Below are positions 34,829 to 44,718 of a stretch of DNA of 64,000 nucleotides, piece by piece. Every line of letters begins with the position of its first letter. Position 1 is the stretch's first letter. The notes below the pieces were generated by a model. It had not been told where the DNA came from. It was given only the letters and a program-made list of their open reading frames with translations, and made no database searches. Both the position numbers and the translations under genes were made by a program. This DNA comes from a virus. Taxonomy: Duplodnaviria; Caudoviricetes. The stretch is from the IMG/VR virus record IMGVR_UViG_2851870198_000001, positions 32,001-96,000 of that record; one strand, given 5' to 3'.

Positions 34829-35115
34829 CCGTCATCCCCTACACCCACTGGGCCTACTTCCCCGACCAGGACAGCGCGCAGCACTGCGCCACCGACCTGG
34901 CGGATTTCGTCACCCGTCTTCGGGAGCAGGAAGACGGGACATGGCTGCTGCTGGCCGGGCGTGACGTCGACACGGCCGAACTGCCGGAGCGGCACGGCAT
35001 GGTCGAGGCGATCGTCCAGCGGTACGGAGGAGCCTACGACGGCGGCGAGGTCACCTACCTCCACGGCAAACCGGTGGCCGATCCCCTGATCACTGACGAG
35101 GAGAGCGACCGATGA
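34825..35115 (+). CDS. RraB-like (RNase E inhibitor fold) protein
   Basis: HWAYFP...YGGAYDGG; GTGA coupling. Confidence 0.6.
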   Translation: MTVIPYTHWAYFPDQDSAQHCATDLADFVTRLREQEDGTWLLLAGRDVDTAELPERHGMVEAIVQRYGGAYDGGEVTYLHGKPVADPLITDEESDR

Positions 35116-35711
35116 CCCGCCAGACCAGCGCCCCGTTCGACCACATCAGCCTCAACCCCACGCACGTCACCCTGGGCGAGATCGTCCGCCGTGTCGAAGA
35201 CGGCATGCTCGAACTCGACCCGCCGTATCAGCGCGGTGACGTATGGACCGAGGACCAGCGCATGGCTCTCGTCCAGTCGTGGCTGCGCGGGCTGCCCGCC
35301 GGCGTGGTCATCCTCTCGGACCGCTGCAACGAGCGATGGAGCAAGGCGCACGACGGACAGAGCCCTTACGACACCGGTGAGCCGCTGTGGGCCTGCGTGG
35401 ACGGGAAACAGCGGTTCACCACTGCCGTGTTGTGGCGCACCGACGGGTTCGCGGTGCCCGCGTCGTGGCTGAACCCGGAGCTCGTGGAGACGACCGAGGA
35501 GACCGACGACGGCCCGTACGTCCGCTACAGCGGCCTGACCGTGCCCGGGCAGCGGTTCGTCGAGCGGTACTGCTCCCTCCTGATCGCCGAAGCCAAGGAG
35601 TGCGCGACCGTCGAAGAGGAAGCCGAGCTGTACCTCCTCGTCAACGGCGGCGGCACCCCCCAGACCGACGAGACCATGGCGAACGCCGCACGCGTCGCCG
35701 GGACCGACTGA
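35112..35711 (+). CDS. Stand-alone DUF262 (GmrS/ParB-like) domain protein
   Basis: PPYQRGDVW, VDGKQR. Confidence 0.85.
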   Translation: MTRQTSAPFDHISLNPTHVTLGEIVRRVEDGMLELDPPYQRGDVWTEDQRMALVQSWLRGLPAGVVILSDRCNERWSKAHDGQSPYDTGEPLWACVDGKQRFTTAVLWRTDGFAVPASWLNPELVETTEETDDGPYVRYSGLTVPGQRFVERYCSLLIAEAKECATVEEEAELYLLVNGGGTPQTDETMANAARVAGTD

Positions 35712-35804
35712 CCACACCCACACCCGATGCGGGAGGGCGCGGCGTACGAGCGAACGCCGCGCCCTCCCCGCTCCCGGAAGGAACCAGACATGACTCATCA
35801 CTGC

Positions 35805-35834
35805 GCGACCGAAGCCCGGGCGCGGGGGCACGCT
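35805..35834 (+). promoter_or_regulatory. Class A promoter
   Basis: GCGAC-N19-CACGCT. Confidence 0.5.
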
Positions 35835-35868
35835 GCACGCCCCTGCGGGACCGGTCGGGAGGCGTGAC

Positions 35869-36438
35869 GTGGGATTCCGTATCAGCGAGAAGGACGTGGA
35901 CAAGTACCCGGGCCTGCGTGAGCGCCTGGAGCAGGCCCGCGCCGGCACCCGGGCTGCCCCCGCCGCGCGGCAGAAGCCGAAGGCGGCGAGCGGTGGCGGC
36001 TCGGCGTACGTCGAGTGCGACGTCGCCGCGGAGGCGGCCGGCGCGCGGCACTGGCTGCTGGAGCTGCCCGCGATCGAGCTCATCAACGCCAACGAGGTGC
36101 GCGGTTGGCACTGGAGGAAGGAGCGGCGGGTGGCGGCCCGTATCCGTGAGGCCGCCGCGGTGGTCGCCCGGCAGGCGAAGGTGCCCCGGCTGGAGCGGGC
36201 GAGGGTGCTGTACCTGGTCCACCCCACCAGCCGGACGCGCGTCTTCGACCCGTCGAACTGGGCGCTGTCGGCGAAGGCGGCAGTGGACGGCCTGTCGGAC
36301 GCCGGGATCTGGGAGGACGACAACGCCGCGGTGGTGACGGGCGTCGACCCGCGGGCCGGGGCCCGGCAGAACGGCGCCCGGGTGCGGCTGTCCCTCGTCG
36401 TCATCGACCAGGGCGCGCCCCCGGCGGCCGTGTTGTAA
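35869..36438 (+). CDS. RusA-like Holliday junction resolvase
   Basis: DPSNWALSAKAAVDGLSDAGIWEDDN. Confidence 0.75.
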   Translation: MGFRISEKDVDKYPGLRERLEQARAGTRAAPAARQKPKAASGGGSAYVECDVAAEAAGARHWLLELPAIELINANEVRGWHWRKERRVAARIREAAAVVARQAKVPRLERARVLYLVHPTSRTRVFDPSNWALSAKAAVDGLSDAGIWEDDNAAVVTGVDPRAGARQNGARVRLSLVVIDQGAPPAAVL

Positions 36439-36462
36439 CGCTTCTGCTGGTCACCCCGTCTA
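36434..36462 (+). promoter_or_regulatory. Class B promoter
   Basis: TGTAAC-N17-CGTCTA. Confidence 0.6.
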
Positions 36463-36539
36463 TCTCGTGCACGGCCCCCTGCGTTCGGCGCCCGCCGACA
36501 CCCCGCTCATGCAGGGGGCCGCGCGCTGAGGAGATGCGG

Positions 36540-36797
36540 ATGAGCACTGCCACCGACACGCGCGCCCACGTGCTGCGCGAGGCCTCCCTGACGATCTGCG
36601 GCCGCCGCGAGGGCAAGACGGCCGCGTGCACGTCGTGCCTGCGGAAGGCCGACGCCGTGGTGCACACCATCCGCGGGCCCGAGCTGAACACGGCGCTGCT
36701 GCCGAGACTGGCGGACATCATCTGCGGCTCGGAGGGGCAGCCGTGCGCGTCGTGCTGGGAGAAGGCGACCACGCTGCTGCTGGAGCTGAGGCCGTGA
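36540..36797 (+). CDS. Small Cys-rich protein with internal duplication
   Basis: Two IC G..EG..C.SC..KA units; GAGGAG RBS. Confidence 0.65.
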   Translation: MSTATDTRAHVLREASLTICGRREGKTAACTSCLRKADAVVHTIRGPELNTALLPRLADIICGSEGQPCASCWEKATTLLLELRP

Positions 36798-37357
36798 CCG
36801 CGGGGACTGCTGGCGGGCTGCTGCAGGTGCGCGGCACCGTTCTGCTCGGTGGGCAGGAGTGCATGGCGCAGGTGCAGGTCAACGGCTTCACCGAGTGGGG
36901 CGAGTTGCCGGTGACGGCGCGGAAGACGGCAGTGCACACGGTCAAGACGATGCTGCTCTTGCAGGGCGCGCTATGCCTGGTGTGCGCGGACCGGCACGAG
37001 AGGGCGGACCCGTGCCGGCTGTGCCCGCCGGTGCTGCTGCAGATGTGCGACGGCCGCGGGGAGTACCCGATCACCGGGGACATGCTGCGTGTGTACTCCG
37101 TGCCCACCCGGTTCAGCCTGGTCGCCACCGTGGGGGAGGCGCGGGAGGTGTACTCGGCGCTGGAAGTGGCCGGGCTGGAGTGGCTGCAGACGGCGCCGGA
37201 GCACCGTCACCGGCTGATGCGGGCCGTGGTCGACCGGCTGCTGCACCTGTACCCGGGCACCGACCCGGGCGAGGTGCACGCGCTGATCTGGGACGGCAGC
37301 CGGGAGAACCCGTATCCCTTCAACTGGGCTGCTGTGCTTGCTGATCGCGACGGGTAG
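36794..37357 (+). CDS. Hypothetical protein with CxxC motifs
   Basis: GTGA coupling; CLVC...CRLC. Confidence 0.6.
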   Translation: MTAGTAGGLLQVRGTVLLGGQECMAQVQVNGFTEWGELPVTARKTAVHTVKTMLLLQGALCLVCADRHERADPCRLCPPVLLQMCDGRGEYPITGDMLRVYSVPTRFSLVATVGEAREVYSALEVAGLEWLQTAPEHRHRLMRAVVDRLLHLYPGTDPGEVHALIWDGSRENPYPFNWAAVLADRDG

Positions 37358-37583
37358 TCTGGTGGCATAACAGAAGAGCCGGGCCCTTGTGGAGGGCTTG
37401 GCAGGACAACGCCACGGCGCACGAGCGAGCGCCAGGCGAACGCTCCCGAACCCACCAGGAGGGCTCTCATGCTCTGCGCCCGTTCCCTCTTCCCCGGCGT
37501 CTCCGTCCTGACGTGACGTGACGCGGCCCCGACCTGGGGTTTCGCCCGTCATCCACGTCACGTCACTTCCCGGGGAGACTGCT

Positions 37584-39575
37584 GTGCCTCCGCACCCTTC
37601 GCATGACCACATACTGGCGCGCGCCGCGCTGGGGGCCACGCGTGCCATCGGCAAGGTGTGCCGCTGGTGCGCGCGCCGCCGGTACGAACTCGCCCCCGCG
37701 GCCGCTTCCCTGACCCTGACCAGCCTGTCGTGGGCGCACCACCTCGGCGGTGTGGGCCTCGGCGAGCACTTGGCGTACGGCGGGGTGACGGCGGCCGCGA
37801 CCGCGGCCACCGTGCTGGCCCTCAAGAACAAGCACAAGACGTTCGCGACCGCCGCGGGGAGCGCCGCGGCCGTGGTGGGCGACACGTGGATCGGGGCCGG
37901 CCTCGGCCCGTCCGTGCCGTCCCTGATCGCGACGGGCCTGGTCACCGGCGGGGCGTACGTGCCCTACATGCGGTGGCTGACCCGCGAGCGGCAGGCCCGC
38001 CTCAAGCTGTCGGTCGACGCGGCGAAGGCCGGCGTCGGCGTCGAGGCGCTGGGCACCGGCACGCACACCGGACTGACCGGGGCGTCGCCGGAGGAGACCC
38101 GCCTCATGCAGGCCCTGGTCGCGATGCTGTCCATCCCCGCCGTCGATGTGACCGCGCTGGAGCACACCCGGTTCGGGTGGCGCGCGGTGGTCACCCTGCC
38201 AGCGGGACGCGACACCGCCCCGTCGAAGGTCATCGCGCGGCGGGAACAGCTCGCGGCGAACATCGGCATGCCCGGGAAGCTGCGCCTGGCCAAGGGCGAG
38301 GCGGACAACGAGCTCGTGGTGTGCATGTACGAGACGGACCCGCTCGCGAAGACGCTGGCGTGGCCCGGGCCGTCCACGGCGACGTGCCTGGAGCCCGCGG
38401 TGCTCGGCATGGACGCCTTCGGGCAGCCGGTGCTGGTTGACCTGCTGTACAACCACGTGCTGATCGGTGGCGCCTCCGACAACGGCAAGTCGTCCCTGCA
38501 GTCGGTCCTGATCGCCTACGTGGCCGCGTGTGAGGACGCGGAGGCGGTCCTGATCGACCTCAAGCCGGGCGCGGTGGAGCTGGGGCCGTGGGGCCCGTGC
38601 GCGCTCGCCCTGGCGGACACCCCGGCCAAGGCGCTGCACACCCTGGAATGGGTGTGGGCGGAGGTCCAGCGGCGCGGCGAGTACATGCGGGACCTGGGCG
38701 CCAAGCAGGGCAAGCCGGTGAAGAAGTGGATCCCCGGCGAGCACGGCCCGGCGCTGTTCGTGTTCATTGACGAGCTCGCCGAGCTGATGCGGCAGCTCCC
38801 GAACGCGTCGAAGCTGCTGGAGTCGATTCTGCAGGTGGCCCGGTTCACCGGCATCACGCTGGTGTGCGCCACTCAGTCCCCCTCGAACCGGGTGTTCGGT
38901 GGGAACACCGACGGCCGGCAGCAGTACCAGGTGCGTATCGGGCTCGGCGCGAAGGAGTCCACGACCGCGAACCTGATCTTCGGGCCGGGCGCGTACGGGG
39001 ACGGCTGGTGCCTGGACGAGTTGGAGGGGCCGGGCTACTTCTTGCGCTGGGACCGCAACCATCAGGTGCCGGTCGTCTCCCGCGCGTTCTTCATGACCGA
39101 CGACGAGATCGGCGCGGCCACGCACCGCTACGCCCGGGCGGACGCCGAGGAGGGGCGGGAGCACCCGCAGGACGTCCCGGACCCGGACGACGACCCCACT
39201 CCGCCGACCCCGCCGACGCCTCCGGGCCCGGGCGGCGGCCGGCCGGTGCTGCGGGCGGTGCCGACGTTCCCCGACGGGTCGCCGATCGCGGACGAGCGGC
39301 ACCTGGCGCTGTGGAAGGCCGTCGAGGAGGCCGGGCAGGAGGGCATCACCATCGACGCCCTGGTCGCGCTCGGCCTGCCCGAGTTCAACGCGCGGTCGTC
39401 GGTGAACGGCCCGCTGTCGCAGTGGCGACGCAAGGGCTGGGTGGTCGAGGCAGGCAAGAAGAACCGGGCCATGGCGTTCCGGCTCGCGCCGCGCCCGGCG
39501 ATGCCCCAGCAGAAGACCGCGGCTGAGGCCGCTTCCACCGACGAGGAGACGGCAGCATGCCCCGCAACCCTGTAG
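37584..39575 (+). CDS. traB: TraB-like FtsK/SpoIIIE conjugal DNA translocase
   Basis: N-terminal TM segments, GGASDNGKS, LIDLKPG, FVFIDELAEL, ATQSP, C-terminal wHTH-like region. Confidence 0.88.
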   Translation: MPPHPSHDHILARAALGATRAIGKVCRWCARRRYELAPAAASLTLTSLSWAHHLGGVGLGEHLAYGGVTAAATAATVLALKNKHKTFATAAGSAAAVVGDTWIGAGLGPSVPSLIATGLVTGGAYVPYMRWLTRERQARLKLSVDAAKAGVGVEALGTGTHTGLTGASPEETRLMQALVAMLSIPAVDVTALEHTRFGWRAVVTLPAGRDTAPSKVIARREQLAANIGMPGKLRLAKGEADNELVVCMYETDPLAKTLAWPGPSTATCLEPAVLGMDAFGQPVLVDLLYNHVLIGGASDNGKSSLQSVLIAYVAACEDAEAVLIDLKPGAVELGPWGPCALALADTPAKALHTLEWVWAEVQRRGEYMRDLGAKQGKPVKKWIPGEHGPALFVFIDELAELMRQLPNASKLLESILQVARFTGITLVCATQSPSNRVFGGNTDGRQQYQVRIGLGAKESTTANLIFGPGAYGDGWCLDELEGPGYFLRWDRNHQVPVVSRAFFMTDDEIGAATHRYARADAEEGREHPQDVPDPDDDPTPPTPPTPPGPGGGRPVLRAVPTFPDGSPIADERHLALWKAVEEAGQEGITIDALVALGLPEFNARSSVNGPLSQWRRKGWVVEAGKKNRAMAFRLAPRPAMPQQKTAAEAASTDEETAACPATL

Positions 39576-39880
39576 AACCGACGCACGTCTACCAGCCGAT
39601 GGCGCAGCACATGCCGGTCGAGTACTACCGGCCGCAGCAGCCGGTGTGCCAGTGCGGCGGGCACGCCCAGGCGCAGCCGCAGCAGCCGGTGCAGCAGATC
39701 ATCGTGAAGCAGGCGGACCCGTTCGCCCGCTACCTCGGGCTCGGCTTCGCCGCGGCCGCGATCGGCCTCATGGTGATGGCCAGCCTGGTCATCACCCTGG
39801 TGATGCTCGGGTTCTGCGCCCTGTGTCTGGCGGCGCTGGCGTGGGTGGTCCGGCCGATGATCCAGCGGAAGAAGGGCTGA
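39557..39880 (+). CDS. SpdD-like small membrane spread protein
   Basis: Q/P-rich N-terminus, long hydrophobic C-terminus, overlaps traB. Confidence 0.6.
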   Translation: MPRNPVEPTHVYQPMAQHMPVEYYRPQQPVCQCGGHAQAQPQQPVQQIIVKQADPFARYLGLGFAAAAIGLMVMASLVITLVMLGFCALCLAALAWVVRPMIQRKKG

Positions 39881-39951
39881 GGGGCCGTGTCGAGGACGTT
39901 CCTCACGGCCGCAGGAAGGACCGGTGACGGTTCGTGCGATGATCCCCGGTT

Positions 39952-40413
39952 ATGGGGAGACAACACACATGGGGGAGAGCGGCCAGCACTGTGGTGCTGG
40001 CCGCAGTCGTTGCCGGGGTGAGCGGCTGTGGTGGCGGCTCGGAGAAGAGCGAGGCGGCCAAGCCGTCCGCTCCGGCCGCGCCGAGCCTGAGCGCGGCCAC
40101 CACGGCGTTCCAGGACGCTGTGGCCGACCACGGAAGCGGCGGCTGCCCGTCGACCGAGCCGGGCACGTGCTGGGAGGAGATGCAGGCGCTCATCAAGCCC
40201 GCCCGGACGCTGCGCAAGGCGATGAACGCGCACAAGGACACCGGCCCGGAGTTCTGGTCTGAGGCCTACGTGTTCATCGACAAGATGGAGAAGGGCGTCG
40301 CGGTGGGGGAGGACCGGGGCGGCGGTCTGAACAACGTCACCAGCAACCGGCCGGACGTGTTCGGCTCCGCGCATGACCTGTCGAGGTGGTTGGACGCGCA
40401 TCCGGTCGCGTAG
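39952..40413 (+). CDS. Putative lipoprotein
   Basis: Signal peptide with lipobox VSGC. Confidence 0.7.
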   Translation: MGRQHTWGRAASTVVLAAVVAGVSGCGGGSEKSEAAKPSAPAAPSLSAATTAFQDAVADHGSGGCPSTEPGTCWEEMQALIKPARTLRKAMNAHKDTGPEFWSEAYVFIDKMEKGVAVGEDRGGGLNNVTSNRPDVFGSAHDLSRWLDAHPVA

Positions 40414-40560
40414 CCGGGTGCGCTGCAGGAAAGATAAGGGCCGCGCCAGTGCAGGAGGGGGGACCCTGCTGGCGCGGCCTTGCCACCTGCGGCTTCGGGG
40501 GGCGTCCGCGGTGGCGTACCGCACGGATACCCCGGCTCCCGCCGCTCATACCGGGACCGG

Positions 40561-40791
40561 TCAGGTGAGTTCGCGCCGGCGGGCTGCAGGCTGGTCGTCG
40601 CGCTCCACGGTGACCGGGCCCGGAGCAGCGGGCAGAAGCTCGAAGACTACGCGCCGGCCCGGGCCGCGCATGCTCAGCTCGCGCGGGGCGCTGGCGACCA
40701 GGGCGGTGGACGCCTGAACGAACGGCAACAGCATCTCCAGTACCGCGGCGACCTCGTTCTCGTCGCCCATGATTCGAATCTGTGCCATCAC
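40561..40791 (-). CDS. Small hypothetical protein
   Basis: AAGGA RBS, coupled to upstream stop. Confidence 0.55.
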   Translation of the reverse strand: MMAQIRIMGDENEVAAVLEMLLPFVQASTALVASAPRELSMRGPGRRVVFELLPAAPGPVTVERDDQPAARRRELT

Positions 40792-41375
40792 GTTCCTTTG
40801 GATGCGAGCTTGATGAGGTCGGCGAGGTGCTGTCGGCCCTCGGCCGCATGCTTCTTCGCGGCCTTCGCCGCCTTGAGGATCTCCGCGTTGGGGACGTCCG
40901 CGTTCATCAGGGGGGCCATGGCGCACACGGCGCGCAGCCACGCCATCGCGGGCCAGGCGACGTTGAAGGCGTCGGGCTCCTTCGGGCCTTCCATCTCCTC
41001 CATGTCGAGGAGGGTTGAGTTCAGCCGGTGCTCGATGACGCGCGCGATGGCGAACGATGCCGCCTCCCACAGTTCCGGAGTGACCTCCCGGCCGGGCATG
41101 ACGGTGCCGGCTGGCATCTGTTCACCCTCCATGGCCATGCCAGCCATCAGCGCCATGTTGACGTAGCCGGCGCGGACCTGCGCGGTATCGACGCGGTCAA
41201 CGTCGAACATGGCCAGTTGCTCGACGCAGAACAGCAGCGCGCCGAGCGCCATCGCCCGGGGCATCTGGGGCCCGTCGCCCATCTTGATGCCGAGCGCAGC
41301 GATGGCGTTGTTGAGCTGTTCGGCCGTGGCCATGGGTTCGCGGCCGTCGGGACGTCCCCGTGGGTCGTTGGTCAT
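40788..41375 (-). CDS. Hypothetical protein
   Basis: Protein-like composition; start uncertain. Confidence 0.6.
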   Translation of the reverse strand: MTNDPRGRPDGREPMATAEQLNNAIAALGIKMGDGPQMPRAMALGALLFCVEQLAMFDVDRVDTAQVRAGYVNMALMAGMAMEGEQMPAGTVMPGREVTPELWEAASFAIARVIEHRLNSTLLDMEEMEGPKEPDAFNVAWPAMAWLRAVCAMAPLMNADVPNAEILKAAKAAKKHAAEGRQHLADLIKLASKGT

Positions 41376-41464
41376 GCGCGGCAACGTAGCGCACCGCGCT
41401 GACGTAGCGGCCTGCATGCGCCGTCTCGCCACGCTGGTGAGGGAGCGGACAGTAGGGTCGGCGC

Positions 41465-41896
41465 ATGAGCGATGAGCAGGTTCCGCCGCACCCGTCCGCC
41501 CCTGACGACCTTCCGCCTCTCACGGTGGCGGACATGCCTCCCCAGCTCCGGGCCGCGCTGAAACAGATGAGCCGCCGCGGGCCCGTCATCGACGTCGCGA
41601 CGCGGGAGATCGTCGCGGAGGCCGGGGAGCTCGTGGGGGAGGAGCCCGGGGAGGGCCTGGTGGGCTGCCTGGAGTGCGCCCGGGCGGTCGCCCTGGGCTG
41701 GTTCGGCGGCATCGCCCGGCACGTGGGCATGGAGGGCGCGCCCGTGTGCGTGCTGTGCGGCGAGGGCGAGGCAACGCTGACCGCGGTCGACTGGTTCGCG
41801 ATGACGGGCCAGTTGGCCGCCGCGCGGACCGCGGACGGCTCGCGACGTACGTGGCGGGACGACGCGGTGAAGGGCCTGGGCGCTCGCGGGCTGTAA
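41465..41896 (+). CDS. Hypothetical protein with 2x CxxC
   Basis: CLEC...CVLC; TAGGGT -10 six nt before ATG. Confidence 0.65.
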   Translation: MSDEQVPPHPSAPDDLPPLTVADMPPQLRAALKQMSRRGPVIDVATREIVAEAGELVGEEPGEGLVGCLECARAVALGWFGGIARHVGMEGAPVCVLCGEGEATLTAVDWFAMTGQLAAARTADGSRRTWRDDAVKGLGARGL

Positions 41897-41905
41897 CGCC
41901 TAGCG

Positions 41906-42760
41906 TCAGGTGTTCTGCGTGGCCCGGAGTTCGCCGAGGCGCAGGGGGCGGCCGAGGACGTTGAGGACCAGGCGGCGGTGCGCGGCGTGCAGGGCGCGCA
42001 CGGTGGCCCGTCGGGCGCCAAGCGGGGGCAGCTCGACGTCGGGCCGGCGGGGATTGCCGGGCTGCTTGGTGGGGATCCACAGGTATCCGGGGTCGCTGCC
42101 TTCGAGACGTGCGGTGATCGCGGCGCGCTGGCGCAGCCACCGGCGGACGGTGCGCACGGTGTCCTCGTCCAGTTCCACGGGCCCGTCTTCGAGGAGGAGC
42201 TGCGGGGGCTGCGCCTTGAGGCGGAGGTCGGGCACGTCGAGCTCGGCGAGTTCGCTGATGGTGCGGCCGGTGGCGGCGACCAGGGCGGCGAGGGCGGCGG
42301 TGCGGATCCAGGTGGGTTCGTTGGCGGCCGTGGGCCGGCGTACGGCGAGGGTGCGGATGATCTGGGCGGCTTCCTCGGGGTCGAGGTGTTCGCCCGTCTC
42401 GTTCGGGGGGACCTCCAGCCGCCAGGGGGTGCCGAGGTGGGCGGCGAACACGTTGTAGGTGATGATCCGGCTGCGTTCGCTGGCCGCGGCGGAGACGGCG
42501 CGCGGGCCGTGGAGTGTGTTGCGCTGCCGCAGCTCGCCGGCGGCGGCCGCGGCGAGCCAGGCGTCGGCGCGCTCCAGGTCCATGAGTTCCTCGGCGGTGA
42601 GCTCCAGCGGGGCGTGCGGGTCGGCCTCGCGCAGGGCGTTGAGGGCGTGTTCGAGGTACTCGGTGAGGTAGTGGCCGCGCAGGCGGCGGGTGCCGATGGC
42701 GTAGCCGCGTTCGTGGAGCTCGGCGAGGAAGTCGGCGATGGCCTGTCGGGCGGTGGTCAC
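41906..42760 (-). CDS. Tyrosine-recombinase-like protein lacking catalytic residues
   Basis: Core-binding-like N-terminus; ATGRTISELAELDVPDL box I lacks the catalytic Arg; no HxxR or Tyr. Confidence 0.7.
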   Translation of the reverse strand: MTTARQAIADFLAELHERGYAIGTRRLRGHYLTEYLEHALNALREADPHAPLELTAEELMDLERADAWLAAAAAGELRQRNTLHGPRAVSAAASERSRIITYNVFAAHLGTPWRLEVPPNETGEHLDPEEAAQIIRTLAVRRPTAANEPTWIRTAALAALVAATGRTISELAELDVPDLRLKAQPPQLLLEDGPVELDEDTVRTVRRWLRQRAAITARLEGSDPGYLWIPTKQPGNPRRPDVELPPLGARRATVRALHAAHRRLVLNVLGRPLRLGELRATQNT

Positions 42761-42782
42761 GCCCGACAGGGTACGGGGCGCC

Positions 42783-43031
42783 TCAGACGGAGGCCGTGCG
42801 GACGACGGCGATGGTCTGCCCGCTCGTGGTGCGGAAGGTGTGGCCGCAGCCGGTGAGGGTGAGGAGCGCCACGGTGGTGTCGACGCGGTCCCAGTCGTAG
42901 CCGGTGACGGCGTCGCGGCAGGAGGGGCACCAGGCGGCGATGACCGTCCCGTCGGGGGTGCCGACGGCCTGGACGGGGGCGGGCAGGTCGGGGGCGTCGG
43001 CGTAGCGCTGCAGGAGTTCAGGGGAGGGCAT
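42783..43031 (-). CDS. Small zinc-ribbon protein
   Basis: WCPSC...GCGH; GGAG RBS. Confidence 0.55.
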   Translation of the reverse strand: MPSPELLQRYADAPDLPAPVQAVGTPDGTVIAAWCPSCRDAVTGYDWDRVDTTVALLTLTGCGHTFRTTSGQTIAVVRTASV

Positions 43032-43054
43032 GCTTCACGTCTCCGCTGACTCTT

Positions 43055-43230
43055 GGGTTACAGAAGAAAGCGCCTCCCAGCCGGGCTGCCGCGGGGCGGG
43101 TGCTGGTGCATAGGGGTCCGTGCCGGTACGGTCCGAACCGTGACGGTGCGGCTCGGTCCGTCCCGGACCCATGACAGGCCCACAGGGGGCGGGGAGCCTG
43201 GGCGGGGTAAGGCGCTCTGTTCTGTAACCC
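43055..43230. repeat. 21-bp imperfect inverted repeat pair
   Basis: GGGTTACAGAAGAAAGCGCCT (43055-43075) vs reverse complement of 43210-43230, 19/21 identical. Confidence 0.75.
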
Positions 43231-43243
43231 GGCAGCCGGCTTG

Positions 43244-43777
43244 TCACTGGGCCGCCCGAAGGCGGGAGTAGTAGTCGCAGCGGCACAGTGCGGCGACGGC
43301 CTGGGCGAAGCCGGGCGGGGCGCCATGCAGGCCGGTCAGGTCGCGCGCGACGGTGCACGCGGGGTCGGCGTGCACCTGCCGCAGGTGCGGGGTGGTGCGT
43401 ACGTGCGGGGCGAGCCGGACGGCGAGGGAGACCAGGCCCTCCAGGTAAGTGGACTCGCCGTCGCGGCGCAGGGCGCGCCACAGGGCGAAGCCCTCCTCGT
43501 AGGCGTCCGCGGTGGGGTAGGCGTAGCGGTGCGGGCCCTCGAAGCGGTCCGCCAGCTCGTGCACGGTGTAGGGGCGGGGGCTGTCGGTGTGGGCGCGGTC
43601 GTACCCCCACGGAACGCTGCAGGAGCGGCCGTGCAGTCGGCACGCGTTGAGCTCGGCGAGCATCTTGGCCAGCACCAGCGGTCTCCCTCCCCCTCGTGTA
43701 GACGCCCGCCGGCCCCGGGCTGCCATGTCGAACTCCCGGAAGGAGTACTCGGGACCGGCGGGCGCGTCCATCACCAT
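43244..43777 (-). CDS. Hypothetical protein
   Basis: ORF downstream of a class B promoter; start uncertain. Confidence 0.5.
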   Translation of the reverse strand: MVMDAPAGPEYSFREFDMAARGRRASTRGGGRPLVLAKMLAELNACRLHGRSCSVPWGYDRAHTDSPRPYTVHELADRFEGPHRYAYPTADAYEEGFALWRALRRDGESTYLEGLVSLAVRLAPHVRTTPHLRQVHADPACTVARDLTGLHGAPPGFAQAVAALCRCDYYSRLRAAQ

Positions 43778-43784
43778 CACCGTG

Positions 43785-43813
43785 TAGACGGGGTGGGGCG
43801 CGGATCCGTTACA
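43785..43813 (-). promoter_or_regulatory. Class B promoter
   Basis: TGTAAC-N17-CGTCTA. Confidence 0.6.
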
Positions 43814-44403
43814 GCTGCTCGCCGCGCAGCGTGCGGCGGACCGGTTCGAGGTCGGCGACCGGGATCGAGCCGGACAGAGGAAGACCAGCCTCCTTCCACG
43901 CGGCGGCGGCGCGCTGCTCGTCACCGCCCGCGTCCCCGATGAGGACCTGGCGGGCGACCTGGTTGGCGAGGGTCCCCTCGCCGAGGTCGAGGAGGCGGGC
44001 GACCATGCGGACGTTCTCGAACTTCCCGCCGCTCTTGGGCTGGTTGTAGCGGTAGACGAGCACCCAGCGGCCTTCGAGCTCCCGCGCCCGCTCGATCATG
44101 GCGCGGCCGGACAGGGTGGTGTCCTGCTCGGTGCGGATCGTCTCCGCGACGCCGGAGTCGGGGCGCAGCGTGAGCAGGCCGCGGCGGCTGCTCTCCTCGA
44201 TCTCCACGCGTTCCAGGAACGCGGCGAAGGGCCGGGAGGCGTCGAGGGTCTGCACGGCCTGCTCGACCTGGCGGGCGGTGAACGCGAGCTCGGTCGCGAG
44301 GTGCTGGACTCGGGTCAGCCAGCCCGCTTCTCCGCTGGGGGAGGTGGGGGCCGGGCCGGCGGCGTGCGCGGCCGCGGCGACGAGAGCGGTGTAGTCGGTC
44401 ACG
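43809..44403 (-). CDS. Hypothetical protein
   Basis: Strong GC3 bias from GTG ~44403. Confidence 0.7.
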
Positions 44404-44718
44404 GGTCCATGATGACGGGGCCGGGGAATTGGCATATGCCAAACACCAATCACTTTCACGCCACCAGATTGTCCGGATATGTTCACGACTCTCAACATCC
44501 GGAAACGCCAACAACCTTCACGTCTGACGGAAGATCAAAGGCCATGCGTGCTTGCGAGTTGGAGGCTGGTGACCGTTACCGGGGCGGTGTTTCGGACGTA
44601 AACTCGCACTATCGGCCGTCAGTAAGAAACCCCCGGTCGGCGCCTGGCTTCCACTCCTGCGCCTCAGGGGGTTCCTTACTGCCGATTCCCTCTCGCAGCG
44701 AACGATTGGAGAACCTCC

